Of a DNA stretch of 54,155 bases, positions 40,713 through 50,409 are shown piece by piece. Source of the DNA: Achromobacter sp. (GTDB taxonomy: Bacteria; Pseudomonadota; Gammaproteobacteria; Burkholderiales; Burkholderiaceae_B); contig NZ_DATCUY010000062.1 of assembly GCF_036567245.1 (NCBI RefSeq), positions 1 to 54,155 on the forward strand, read 5' to 3'. Below the pieces are notes generated by a model. It did no database searches. It was not told the origin of the DNA and saw nothing but the letters and a program-made list of their open reading frames with translations. Every line of letters begins with the position of its first letter. Position 1 is the stretch's first letter. A program made the position numbers and the translations under genes.

Positions 40713-41629
40713 ACACACCCGCCACCGCCGCCGCGCCGCCGGTTCAGGCCAAGGAGCAAACACCCTGGCGCCGCTTCCTGTCGGACTTCTTCGCCAGCAA
40801 GCTGGCCACGCTGGGCCTCGTCATGCTGGTCCTGATCGTGGGCGCGGCGCTGCTTGCGCCGTGGATCGCGCCGCAGAATCCTTATGACCTGGCGACGCTG
40901 GACATCATGGATTCCAAGCTCAAGCCAGGCAGTGAAAGCGGCGATGGCAGCATGCGCTATTGGTTGGGCACCGATGGCCTGGCGCGCGACCTGTTCTCGG
41001 CGATTCTGTACGGCATGCGCACCAGCCTGCTGGTGGCCAGCGTGTCGGTGCTCGCGGCGTTCGGCATCGGCGCCACGGTGGGCCTGGTGGCGGCCTATTT
41101 TGGCGGCCGCATCGACGCCTTGCTGATGCGGGTTGTGGATATCCAGTTGTCGTTTCCGGCCATCCTGGTTGCGCTGATGTTGCTGGCGATCCTGGGCAAG
41201 GGTGTGGATAAGGTGATCATCGCGCTTATTGTGGTGCAGTGGGCGTACTTCGCGCGCGCCGCGCGCGGCGCAGCGCTGGTCGAGCGCGGCAAGGAATACG
41301 TGGAGGCGGCGCGCTGCATGTCGCTGTCCTGGGGGCGGGTGCTGTTCCGCCACGTGCTGCCGAACTGTATGCCGCCCTTGATCGTGATCGCCACCATCGA
41401 TCTGGCGCACGCCATCGCGCTCGAAGCCACACTGTCGTTCCTGGGCGTGGGCGTGCCGGTGACGGAGCCTTCGCTGGGCATGCTGATCTACAACGGCTTC
41501 GAGTACCTTCTGTCCGGCCAGTATTGGATTTCTTTTTTCCCGGGCATTGCGCTGGCGCTGGCTATCGTCGCCATCAACCTGGTGGGCGATCACTTGCGCG
41601 ATGTGCTCAACCCGCGCCACGCGAATTGA
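40709..41629 (+). CDS. ABC peptide transporter permease (DppC-like)
   Basis: LGTD...RD, EYVEAA, HVLPN, LSFLGVG and GDHLRD. Confidence 0.9.
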   Translation: MNTPATAAAPPVQAKEQTPWRRFLSDFFASKLATLGLVMLVLIVGAALLAPWIAPQNPYDLATLDIMDSKLKPGSESGDGSMRYWLGTDGLARDLFSAILYGMRTSLLVASVSVLAAFGIGATVGLVAAYFGGRIDALLMRVVDIQLSFPAILVALMLLAILGKGVDKVIIALIVVQWAYFARAARGAALVERGKEYVEAARCMSLSWGRVLFRHVLPNCMPPLIVIATIDLAHAIALEATLSFLGVGVPVTEPSLGMLIYNGFEYLLSGQYWISFFPGIALALAIVAINLVGDHLRDVLNPRHAN

Positions 41630-41640
41630 GGGCGGGTGCA

Positions 41641-42648
41641 ATGCAGACTCCTGTGGAAAAGTCCTTGCCGGCGCCCAGGCCCATTCTTGAGGTGCATGGC
41701 CTGAAGACGCACTTCTTCACGCGCAACGGCGTGGTGAAGGCGGTGGATGGCGTGGACCTGGCGCTGGCTGAAGGCGAGATCCTGGGACTGGTGGGCGAAT
41801 CGGGATCGGGCAAGAGCATCACCGGCTTTTCGCTGATGGGGCTGCTGGATGAACCGGGCCGCATCGTCGACGGCACTTTGCGGTTCAACGGCGAAGACCT
41901 GCGCAGCGCAACGCCCGCGCGCTGGCGTGCGATCAGGGGCCAGGAGATCGCGATGATCTTCCAGGATCCCATGATGACCCTGAACCCGGTGCTGCGCGTC
42001 GATACGCAGATGATCGAGGCGGTGCAGGCGCATGGCAAGGTATCGCGCGAGCAGGCGCGCCAGCGCGCCCTGCAGACGCTGGCCATGGTGGGCATTCCCT
42101 CACCCGAGCAACGGCTGCGCACCTATCCGCACCAGTTGTCCGGCGGCATGCGGCAGCGCGTGGCGATCGCGATCGCGCTGTTGAATTCACCGCGCATGAT
42201 CATCGCCGACGAGCCCACCACCGCGCTGGATGTGACCATACAAGGCCAGATCCTGTTTGAAGTGCAGAAGCTGTGCCGCGAGACCGGCACGGCGCTCATC
42301 TGGATCACACATGATCTTGCCGTGGTGGCGGGCCTGGCGGATCGCGTTGCGGTCATGTATGCGGGCCGCGTGGTGGAAACCGGCACCACGCAGGCGGTCA
42401 TCAGCCATCCCATGCATCCCTATACGCATGGCTTGATCGCTTCCATTCCCACGCCCGAATCCCGCGGCAAGCCGCTGGTCCCGATTCCGGGCATGACGCC
42501 GTCGCTGCTCAACCTGCCTCAGGGCTGTGCGTTCCGCGGGCGCTGCCCGCGTGCCACCGATGCCTGTCTGGTCGAACCGCAGCCTGTTGAAGTCCGCCCG
42601 GCGCAATGGGTGCGTTGCTGGCATGCCGGAGAACCAGACATCAAATGA
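41641..42648 (+). CDS. ABC peptide transporter ATP-binding protein (DppD-like)
   Basis: [29 protein letters not shown] and C-terminal Cys cluster. Confidence 0.92.
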   Translation: MQTPVEKSLPAPRPILEVHGLKTHFFTRNGVVKAVDGVDLALAEGEILGLVGESGSGKSITGFSLMGLLDEPGRIVDGTLRFNGEDLRSATPARWRAIRGQEIAMIFQDPMMTLNPVLRVDTQMIEAVQAHGKVSREQARQRALQTLAMVGIPSPEQRLRTYPHQLSGGMRQRVAIAIALLNSPRMIIADEPTTALDVTIQGQILFEVQKLCRETGTALIWITHDLAVVAGLADRVAVMYAGRVVETGTTQAVISHPMHPYTHGLIASIPTPESRGKPLVPIPGMTPSLLNLPQGCAFRGRCPRATDACLVEPQPVEVRPAQWVRCWHAGEPDIK

Positions 42649-43661
42649 GCGCAGCAGAACGCGATTCCGCGGTTCCCATCCTGTCGCTGCGCGAGGTTGA
42701 GCTGCGCTTTGTACAACCCGTGGACCTGGCAGGCCGCATCGCCAACCTGTTGGGCGCTGGCTTGAAGACGCAGGTCGTGCATGCGGTGGCTGGTGTCGAC
42801 CTGGATGTGCGGCAGGGCGAAGTGATAGGTATCGTCGGCGAATCGGGCTGTGGCAAATCCACGCTGGGCCGCATCGTGTCAGGCATCCTGCCGCCGACCT
42901 CGGGCGAAGTCAGCTACAAGGGCCGCGCGGTGAAGACAATGTCAGGCCCCGAGCGGCGCGCTTATGAACTGGGCGTGCAGATGATCTTCCAGGATCCGTA
43001 CGCCTCGTTGAACCCGCGCATGCGGGTGCGCGAGATCATCGGCGAAGCGCCCGTGGCGCATCGCCTGATCCGCGCGCGGGACAAGGCCGAATACGTGGCC
43101 GGGCTGATGCGCCAGGTGGGGCTGGATCCAGCTTTTGCACAGCGTTATCCCCATCAGTTCTCCGGCGGCCAGAGGCAGCGCGTAGGAATTGCGCGGGCCT
43201 TGGCGCTCAAGCCTTCGGTCATCGTTTGCGACGAGGCGGTCGCGGCGCTGGACGTATCGATCCAGGCCCAGGTGCTTAATCTGTTCGAACAGTTGCGCGC
43301 GGACCTGGACCTGACCTATCTTTTCATCAGCCACAACCTCAGCGTGGTCAGTCACATATCGGACCGCGTGGCCATCATGTACCTGGGCCGCGTGGTGGAG
43401 CTGGCGCGGACCGACACGGTTTTCCAGCGCGCCAACCATCCGTACACGCAGGCCTTGCTGAAGGAACTGCCGACCTTGCAGCCGGGGCGGCGCAGTTACC
43501 AGCCCATCAAGGGTGAACTGCCGTCGCCGCTGGATCCGCCGGCGGGCTGCGCGTTCCACCCCCGCTGCCCGCATGCCATGCCGCGCTGCAAGGCGGAGCG
43601 GCCGCTGTTGCGGGAAGTTGCGCCGGGGCAGTTCAGTGCCTGCCATCTGAACGATGCGTGA
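42645..43661 (+). CDS. ABC peptide transporter ATP-binding protein (DppF-like)
   Basis: [16 protein letters not shown] and GCAFHPRCP; ATGA overlap with the preceding gene. Confidence 0.92.
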   Translation: MSAAERDSAVPILSLREVELRFVQPVDLAGRIANLLGAGLKTQVVHAVAGVDLDVRQGEVIGIVGESGCGKSTLGRIVSGILPPTSGEVSYKGRAVKTMSGPERRAYELGVQMIFQDPYASLNPRMRVREIIGEAPVAHRLIRARDKAEYVAGLMRQVGLDPAFAQRYPHQFSGGQRQRVGIARALALKPSVIVCDEAVAALDVSIQAQVLNLFEQLRADLDLTYLFISHNLSVVSHISDRVAIMYLGRVVELARTDTVFQRANHPYTQALLKELPTLQPGRRSYQPIKGELPSPLDPPAGCAFHPRCPHAMPRCKAERPLLREVAPGQFSACHLNDA

Positions 43662-43703
43662 AGCCAAATACGTGAACCCAACTCTTACGCTTTATCCACA
43701 GCC

Positions 43704-44903
43704 ATGAAAACCATAGACGAAATCGAACGCGCCCACGGCGACCTCACTGCCTTGCGCCGCGATATCCACGCCCATCCTGAACTCGCCTTCCAGGAAACGC
43801 GCACGTCCGCGCTGGTGGCGGAGCGTTTGCGCGGCTGGGGCCTGGAAGTCCACACCGGGCTGGGGAAAACCGGTGTGGTGGGCGTATTGCGCGGCGGCAG
43901 CGGCAAGAAAACCATAGGCCTGCGCGCCGACATGGATGCGCTGCCCATGCCGGAGCACAACCGCTTTGCCCACAAGTCAACAGTCAGCGGACGCATGCAC
44001 GGCTGTGGCCATGACGGGCACACGACGATGTTGCTGGGGGCGGCGCAGTACCTGTCCACACATCGCGATTTTGACGGCACGGTGGTGTTCATATTCCAGC
44101 CGGCCGAGGAAGGCGGCAACGCCGGCGCGCGCGCCATGATGCAGGACGGCCTGTTCGAGAAATTCCCCTGCGACGCGGTATTCGGCATCCACAATATGCC
44201 CGGCATGCCGGTCAACCAGTTCGGGTTCCGCGCAGGGCCGACCATGGCCTCCAGCAACCGCTGGGACATCGTCATCAAGGGCGTGGGCGGCCACGCGGCG
44301 CAGCCACACGCATCGGTGGATCCCATCATCGTCGCGGCCGACATGGTGCACGCGCTGCAGACGGTCATCTCGCGCAGCAAGAATCCGCTGGACCAGGCCG
44401 TGCTGTCGATCACGCAGATCCACGCGGGGGATGCCTATAACGTGATTCCCGGCGAAGCCGTGCTGCGCGGCACCGTGCGCACTTACTCGGTGGAGACCCT
44501 GGACAAGATCGAGGCGGACATGCGGCGCATCGCGACCACCCTGCCGCAGGTGTACGGCGGCACGGGCGAACTGGATTTCGTGCGCGCGTATCCCCCGCTG
44601 GTCAACTGGGAAAAGGAAACCGCCTTCGCCGCCCAGGTCGCCGAAGACGCGTTCGGCGCTGAAAATGTGCAGCGCGAAATGCCGCCCTTCATGGGCGCGG
44701 AGGACTTTTCCTTCTTCCTGGAAGCGGTGCCGGGGACCTATCTGTTCCTGGGCAATGGCGACGGCGACCACCGCATGGAAACCTATCACGGCATGGGTCC
44801 GTGCCAGCTGCACAACCCGAATTACGACTTCAACGACGCCCTGCTGCCGGTAGGCGCGACTTATTGGGTGAAACTGGTACAGGCGTTTTTGCCGAAATCC
44901 TGA
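43704..44903 (+). CDS. M20 family amidohydrolase (hippurate hydrolase/aminoacylase-like)
   Basis: HPELAF.E, RADMDALP, MHGCGHDGH, FQPAEE, EDF and LHNP. Confidence 0.92.
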   Translation: MKTIDEIERAHGDLTALRRDIHAHPELAFQETRTSALVAERLRGWGLEVHTGLGKTGVVGVLRGGSGKKTIGLRADMDALPMPEHNRFAHKSTVSGRMHGCGHDGHTTMLLGAAQYLSTHRDFDGTVVFIFQPAEEGGNAGARAMMQDGLFEKFPCDAVFGIHNMPGMPVNQFGFRAGPTMASSNRWDIVIKGVGGHAAQPHASVDPIIVAADMVHALQTVISRSKNPLDQAVLSITQIHAGDAYNVIPGEAVLRGTVRTYSVETLDKIEADMRRIATTLPQVYGGTGELDFVRAYPPLVNWEKETAFAAQVAEDAFGAENVQREMPPFMGAEDFSFFLEAVPGTYLFLGNGDGDHRMETYHGMGPCQLHNPNYDFNDALLPVGATYWVKLVQAFLPKS

Positions 44904-44909
44904 TCCACG

Positions 44910-44922
44910 CAAGTCTTTGATT
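44910..44922 (-). promoter_or_regulatory. IHF binding site (perfect consensus)
   Basis: Minus strand AATCAAAGACTTG matches WATCAANNNNTTR. Confidence 0.6.
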
Positions 44923-44924
44923 TA

Positions 44925-44959
44925 AAAGGCGCAGACCCTCAAGGGCCTGCGCCTTTCTT
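44925..44959 (+). terminator. Rho-independent terminator of the dpp/amidohydrolase operon
   Basis: AAAGGCGCAG-ACCC-tcaa-GGGC-CTGCGCCTTT followed by CTT. Confidence 0.7.
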
Positions 44960-44974
44960 CATGGCGGGGCCAAG

Positions 44975-45085
44975 TTGTACACAGGCTATCCACCTGCTAT
45001 TCACCGCATATCCACCGGGATATCCCCCGGCAATCCACCGCTTTTCCCTAACTTGCCACCAGGCTTATCCCAAGACTTATCCACA
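44975..45085 (+). repeat. Tandem, 11-12 bp phased array of ~10 DnaA-box-like 9-mers ending in a perfect TTATCCACA
   Basis: TTGTACACA 44975, CTATCCACC 44986, CTATTCACC 44997, ATATCCACC 45008, ATATCCCCC 45020, CAATCCACC 45031, TTTTCCCTA 45042, a poor unit at ~45053, TTATCCCAA 45065 and TTATCCACA 45077. Confidence 0.72.
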
Positions 45086-45194
45086 GGCTTCGCCGCCCGA
45101 TACACCGGTGAAATTCTTCTGTTCCCAGTAAATGCGTATGCCCGCAAGCTTGGCTTGGCCTTGACTCATCTGGGCACGCCAGCCTAGCATTGAT

Positions 45195-45218
45195 ATAACT
45201 GTGAAATATCACTGTTAT
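45195..45218. promoter_or_regulatory. Putative GntR operator upstream of the Rid-FAH-Bug operon
   Basis: Inverted repeat ATAACTGTGA-AATA-TCACTGTTAT with 1 mismatch. Confidence 0.55.
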
Positions 45219-45259
45219 TTTAATTGGCAGTTCCAACCTTACCTTGAACAGGAAATCCC

Positions 45260-45655
45260 ATGGTCCAGAAAGTCCGCATCACCAGCCCCCACGTCGCCGA
45301 AGCCGAACCCGGCCTGTGGTCCAACTGCCTGCGCGTGAAGGATTCGGTTTATCTGTCGGGGCTGACCGCCCGCGCCAACGATGGCACCACGATCCAGGGC
45401 GCAAATGCCTATGAGCAGGCCCAGGTCATCTTTGCAAAGATGAAGCATCTGTTGGAGGCCGCAGGCGGGCAGATCGACGATATGGTCACGATGACGATCT
45501 TCCTGACCAACATGGCGGACAACCAGCAGGTGTGGAAAGCGCGCCGCGAATTCTTCAGCGGCGATTTTCCCGCCTGCGCACTGGTGCAGGTATCCGCCCT
45601 GGCCAAGCCCGAGATCCTGGTGGAAATCCAGGGCCAGGCACGTCTGGCGGACTGA
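45260..45655 (+). CDS. Rid (YjgF/YER057c/UK114) family protein
   Basis: VYLSG, EQA...F, FFSGDFPA and LVEI. Confidence 0.87.
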   Translation: MVQKVRITSPHVAEAEPGLWSNCLRVKDSVYLSGLTARANDGTTIQGANAYEQAQVIFAKMKHLLEAAGGQIDDMVTMTIFLTNMADNQQVWKARREFFSGDFPACALVQVSALAKPEILVEIQGQARLAD

Positions 45656-45659
45656 CGCC

Positions 45660-46511
45660 ATGAAAATCGTTCGCTATGCCGGCGAATCCGGCCCGGTACT
45701 GGGCCGGTTGGACGGCCAGGCCATCACGCCCTTCCTGGGCGTGGCTGACGTACAGGCGCTGTTAGGCAATGTCGTACAGGCCAGCGGCGCGGCGGTGCCG
45801 CTGGAGTCGGTGCGTCTGCTCGCGCCCATCGTCCCGCAGCGCAACGTGTTCTGCGTGGGCTGGAACTATCTCAAGCACTACGACGAAAGCAAAGGCAAGC
45901 GCGAAGGGCAGGAGGTCGAGCTACCTGAACGCCCCACCTTCTTCAGCAAGCTGCCCACTACCGTCGCCGGACCGCATGACAGCGTGCCGTTGCATGAAGC
46001 CTATACGGCCAAGCTGGACTGGGAAGTCGAGCTGGCCGTGGTGATCGGCAAGGAGGGACGCGATATCGCCGAAGCCGATGCCCTCGGCCATGTGTTCGGC
46101 TACACGGTAGCCAATGACCTCAGCGCGCGCGATCTGCAGCGCGCCCACGGCGCGCAATGGTTCAAGGGCAAGAGCCTGGACGCGACCTGCCCGATGGGGC
46201 CGGTCCTGGTCACCTCGGATGAGATCGGCGATCCGCAGAATCTTGCCCTGGGCTGCGAGGTCAATGGCGCGCGCATGCAGCACGGCCACACCCGCAACCA
46301 GATCTTCAGCGTGGCGCGTGTCATCGCCGAGCTGTCACAGGGGCTCACCCTGCTGCCAGGCGATGTCATCCTGACCGGCACGCCCGAGGGGATAGGCGCG
46401 GCCCGTCAGCCCCCTGTGTTCCTGGCTGATGGCGACGTGGTGGAGTGTTGGGTGGAAGGCATAGGCTCGTTGCGCAACGTCGTGCGTGCGGGCCTGCGCT
46501 ACGCGGAATAA
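45660..46511 (+). CDS. Fumarylacetoacetate hydrolase family protein
   Basis: VFCVGWNY..H, DWEVELAVVIG, ANDLSARD, KGKSLD and GDVILTGTP. Confidence 0.9.
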   Translation: MKIVRYAGESGPVLGRLDGQAITPFLGVADVQALLGNVVQASGAAVPLESVRLLAPIVPQRNVFCVGWNYLKHYDESKGKREGQEVELPERPTFFSKLPTTVAGPHDSVPLHEAYTAKLDWEVELAVVIGKEGRDIAEADALGHVFGYTVANDLSARDLQRAHGAQWFKGKSLDATCPMGPVLVTSDEIGDPQNLALGCEVNGARMQHGHTRNQIFSVARVIAELSQGLTLLPGDVILTGTPEGIGAARQPPVFLADGDVVECWVEGIGSLRNVVRAGLRYAE

Positions 46512-46556
46512 GCCGCCAAACGTGCGGCACCGCTGAAAAATCAAGGGGTAAAAATC

Positions 46557-47516
46557 ATGAAGAAAACCGTATTGGCGGCCGCGCTGGCGCTGGCCAGCAT
46601 GAACGCCGCCGCCGCCGACGCTTTCCCGTCGCAGCCCATGACGCTGATCGTGCCATACACCGCGGGCGGCTCCTCGGACGCGTTGGCGCGCGCGCTCACG
46701 AAGGCCATTGCCAAGAACACCGGCGCCAATATCATCGTCGAGAACCGTCCGGGCGGCAGCACTGTAATAGGTGCGCAGACCTTGCTGGGCAAGCCTGCAG
46801 ACGGCAACACAGTCCTGTTGATCGCGGCGAGCTTCGTCATCAATCCTTATCTGCTGAGCCAGTTGCCTTATGACAGCGTGAAGGACTTCCAGCCCGTCAC
46901 GCAGCTGGCGTCCAACCCGCATGTGCTGGTGGTCGGACCCAAGGTGCCGGCCGGCGATCTCAAGGCGTTCCTGGCGTGGGCCAAGGAACAGGGCGACAAG
47001 GCGACCTTCTCTTCGTTCGGCAATGGCTCATCGGGCCATCTGGGCTTCGAGATGCTGAAAAAACAGGCCGGCCTGGGCATGATGCATGTGCCGTACAAGG
47101 GTGCTGCGCCGGCCACCATGGCGGTGCTGAGCGGCGAAGTGGACGCGACCCTGGGGGACGTGGGCGTGGTCGCGCCGCATATCCAGGCGGGCAAGCTGCG
47201 CGCCCTGGCGGTGGCTGGAAGCGTCCGCACGCCCGCGCTGCCCGATGTGCCGACCTTCGCCGAGGCCGGCCTGCCGGGTTTCGAATCGCAAACCTGGATG
47301 GGGCTGCTGACGCGCAGTGGCGTGCCCGCGGAACGGGTGCAGCGCCTGAACCAGATGTACTCGGAAGCGCTGCAGGATGCCGACGTGCGCCAGATCCTGG
47401 CACAGCAGGGCATGGTGGCGGCGGCCTCCACTCCGGACGCGTTTGCGGCTTTCATGAAAGCGGAATCCGCCAAATACGGGCAGGCCGTCAAGGATGGCAA
47501 CGTGCGCATCGACTGA
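46557..47516 (+). CDS. Bug/TctC solute-binding protein
   Basis: VPYTAGGSSD, VENRPG, ADGNT and HVPYKG. Confidence 0.9.
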   Translation: MKKTVLAAALALASMNAAAADAFPSQPMTLIVPYTAGGSSDALARALTKAIAKNTGANIIVENRPGGSTVIGAQTLLGKPADGNTVLLIAASFVINPYLLSQLPYDSVKDFQPVTQLASNPHVLVVGPKVPAGDLKAFLAWAKEQGDKATFSSFGNGSSGHLGFEMLKKQAGLGMMHVPYKGAAPATMAVLSGEVDATLGDVGVVAPHIQAGKLRALAVAGSVRTPALPDVPTFAEAGLPGFESQTWMGLLTRSGVPAERVQRLNQMYSEALQDADVRQILAQQGMVAAASTPDAFAAFMKAESAKYGQAVKDGNVRID

Positions 47517-47599
47517 TGAAAGGCTGGCCCGCCCGTACCGGTCGCTATAATCGCAGCGGTCTGCGCCGGTAGCGGCGCGTGGTCAGCAACCATCACCGC

Positions 47600-48274
47600 A
47601 TGCCCAAAACCCTTACTCCCAAGCGACTGCAGGAAGACACCGCGCCGGCGGCTTCGCTCGGCGAACAGGCGTATATCGCGATCAAGCGCATGATCCTCAC
47701 GCAGGAATTGCGCGCGGGGGACCAGATCAACGTCGCGCAACTGAGCGAACAATTGTCGCTCGGCCGCAGCCCCATCCACCTGGCCATACACCGGCTGGAT
47801 CGCGAAGGGCTGGTGGACATCCTGCCGCGCAAAGGCATCCTGGTCAAAGCGGAAACCATAGACAGCTTCCTGGAGTTGATTGCCGCGCGCCTGCTGGTCG
47901 AACCGCATCTGACCGGCCTGGCTGTGGACAATGCCACGCCCGCGCTGCTGGAGCGGCTGCAGGCGCTGGTGGCGGCAGGCTGGGAATGCCATGAACGCCA
48001 GGACCGGCTGGGCAGCATGGAGATCGACCGCAGGTTCCACCAGACGCTGTACCAAGCCGCCCGCAATGACATCCTGGCGGAGTTCGCTGGCAGCCTGCTG
48101 GACCGTTCCATGCGCCTATGGTTCCGACCGCCCGCGGGCAAGGCCGAAAAGCCCAATGTGGCGGAACTGGAAGATCTGTACAACATGGTCGAGCGTGGCG
48201 ACAAGAAGGCTGCTGTACGCAAGATGGAGCAGCACATCGGCTCCGTGCGCGGCAAGTTCCTCTCGCGGGAATAA
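47600..48274 (+). CDS. GntR (FCD) family transcriptional regulator
   Basis: GRSPI..AI.RL..EGLV...PRKG HTH and DRRFH...AARN FCD motif. Confidence 0.9.
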   Translation: MPKTLTPKRLQEDTAPAASLGEQAYIAIKRMILTQELRAGDQINVAQLSEQLSLGRSPIHLAIHRLDREGLVDILPRKGILVKAETIDSFLELIAARLLVEPHLTGLAVDNATPALLERLQALVAAGWECHERQDRLGSMEIDRRFHQTLYQAARNDILAEFAGSLLDRSMRLWFRPPAGKAEKPNVAELEDLYNMVERGDKKAAVRKMEQHIGSVRGKFLSRE

Positions 48275-48408
48275 GCTTATAGCCGTCGCCATATGACGCG
48301 CAGGCTTGAACAAAGGCCGAATAATTCGTTGGCGTAGGGGTTGCGCGTTTTCATAATGGATCGTTCCTGAGCCGGCTTGGCCGGCGGCATTCGCGCAAGG
48401 AGCGATCC

Positions 48409-49314
48409 ATGTCCCAGAGCAACGCGCTGCGCCGGTCCGAGGCGTATGCCGAATCCGCGACGCAAGCCTTTTCGATCCGCCCCCTGGCGGCCGTGACGGG
48501 CGCCGAAGTCGTCGGCATCGACCTGTCGCGCGAGCTGGCCCCGGCCGATTTCGCCCAGGTGCATCGCGCGCATCTGGACCATCACCTGCTGGTGTTCCGC
48601 AACCAGCGCATCACGCCACAACAGCACATCGATTTCAGCCGCCGCTTTGGCCGCCTGATGGTCCACGTGCTGCATCAGTTCCATCTGCCCGGGCATCCCG
48701 AGGTCCTGATCGTTTCCAACATCGTCGAGGACGGCAAGCCGATAGGGTTGGGCGACGCCGGCAAGTATTGGCATTCGGACATCTCGTACAAGGAGCTGCC
48801 CAGCCTGGGTTCGCTACTGCACGCGCAGGAGCTGCCTGCGCAAGGGGGCGACACGCTGTTCGCCGATATGCATGTGGCGTACGACACCCTGCCCGCCGCT
48901 TTGCGCGACGCGATCGAAGGCAAGCACGCCGTGCATTCCTATCTGGCCAAGTATGGCCAGCTGCAGAAGGAAGGCGCGTGGCGTCCCGACCTCAGCGCGC
49001 AGCAGGTGGCGCAGGTGCAGGAAGTGATTCATCCGGTGGTGCGCACCCATCCTGAAACAGGCCGCCGCGCGCTGTTCGTGAGCGAAGGCTTCACCACCCG
49101 CATCGAGGGCCTGCCCGAAGACGAGAGCCGCCAGATCCTGGACGAGCTGTACGCCCACAGCATCCGGCCCGAACACATCTACCGCCACCAATGGCAGCCG
49201 CATGACCTGGTGTTCTGGGATAACCGTTCCCTGATCCACCTGGCCGGCGGCACGCCGGACCATCTGCGCCGCAAGCTGTACCGCACCACCATCGAAGGCG
49301 ACGCGCCGTTCTGA
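48409..49314 (+). CDS. TauD/TfdA family 2-oxoglutarate-dependent dioxygenase
   Basis: WHSD, GGDTLF, HPVVRTHPETGR and WDNR...H..R. Confidence 0.92.
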   Translation: MSQSNALRRSEAYAESATQAFSIRPLAAVTGAEVVGIDLSRELAPADFAQVHRAHLDHHLLVFRNQRITPQQHIDFSRRFGRLMVHVLHQFHLPGHPEVLIVSNIVEDGKPIGLGDAGKYWHSDISYKELPSLGSLLHAQELPAQGGDTLFADMHVAYDTLPAALRDAIEGKHAVHSYLAKYGQLQKEGAWRPDLSAQQVAQVQEVIHPVVRTHPETGRRALFVSEGFTTRIEGLPEDESRQILDELYAHSIRPEHIYRHQWQPHDLVFWDNRSLIHLAGGTPDHLRRKLYRTTIEGDAPF

Positions 49315-49364
49315 CGTCCGGACCGCCGCAATTCCGCGCAAAACACTTATCCACAGGGTACGCC

Positions 49365-50408
49365 ATGGGTTTTTCTTCCGCTCTACGTGATCGCTTGGTC
49401 CAGGCCGCCACCGGCGCTGGCCTCGCACTGGCACTTGCCGTGCTGGCGCTGGCTTCGCCGACGCCAGCCATGGCGGAAGGCCGCATCCGCATCGCCGAGC
49501 AATACGGCATCGTTTATCTGTTGTTGAACGTGGCGCGTGACCAGCAATTGATCGAAAAGCACGGCAAGGCCGACGGTGTGGATATCTCGGTCGAGTGGGC
49601 CAAGTTGTCCGGCGGCTCGGCCGTGAACGATGCGCTGCTGTCGGGAGCGGTAGATATCGCGGGGGCGGGCGTGGGACCGCTGCTGACGATCTGGGACCGC
49701 ACGCGCGGCAAGCAGAACGTGAAGGGCGTGGCTTCGCTGGGCAACTTTCCCTATTACCTGGTCAGCAACAATCCCAACGTGAAGACGATCGCCGACTTCA
49801 CCGACAAGGATCGCATCGCGGTGCCGGCGGTGGGCGTGTCGGTGCAATCGCGCGTGCTGCAACTGGCGTCGGCCAGGCTGTGGGGCGATGCGCAGTTCAA
49901 CAAGCTGGACAAGATATCCGTTGCCTTGCCGCATCCGGACGCGGCCGCCGCCATCATCGCGGGCGGCACGGAAATCACCGGGCATTTCGGCAACCCGCCC
50001 TTCCAGGAGCAGGAACTCGCCGGGAATCCCAATGCGCGCATCGTGCTCAATTCCTATGACGTGCTGGGCGGACCCAGTTCGTCGACGGTGCTGTTCGCCA
50101 CCGAGAAGTTCCGCAAGGAAAACCCCAAGACCTACAAGGCGTTCCAGGCCGCGCTGAAGGAAGCGGCGCAGTTTGCCGCCGCCAATCCGGAACAGGCTGC
50201 GGACACCTATCTGCGCGTCACCGGGGCCAAGCTGGATCGCGACTTCCTGATCAAGGTGATCAAGAACCCCGACGTGCAATTCAAGCTGGAGCCGCAGAAT
50301 ACCTACGCGCTGGCTGAATTCATGCACAAGGTGGGCGCGATCAAGAATGCCCCGGCAAGTTGGCGCGACTACTTCTTCGACGATGCCATCATCGCGCAAG
50401 GCAGCTGA
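49365..50408 (+). CDS. ABC transporter substrate-binding protein (nitrate/sulfonate/taurine family)
   Basis: Signal peptide, NDALLSG.VD and LPHPDA; in an operon with TauD. Confidence 0.85.
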   Translation: MGFSSALRDRLVQAATGAGLALALAVLALASPTPAMAEGRIRIAEQYGIVYLLLNVARDQQLIEKHGKADGVDISVEWAKLSGGSAVNDALLSGAVDIAGAGVGPLLTIWDRTRGKQNVKGVASLGNFPYYLVSNNPNVKTIADFTDKDRIAVPAVGVSVQSRVLQLASARLWGDAQFNKLDKISVALPHPDAAAAIIAGGTEITGHFGNPPFQEQELAGNPNARIVLNSYDVLGGPSSSTVLFATEKFRKENPKTYKAFQAALKEAAQFAAANPEQAADTYLRVTGAKLDRDFLIKVIKNPDVQFKLEPQNTYALAEFMHKVGAIKNAPASWRDYFFDDAIIAQGS

Positions 50409-50409
50409 G

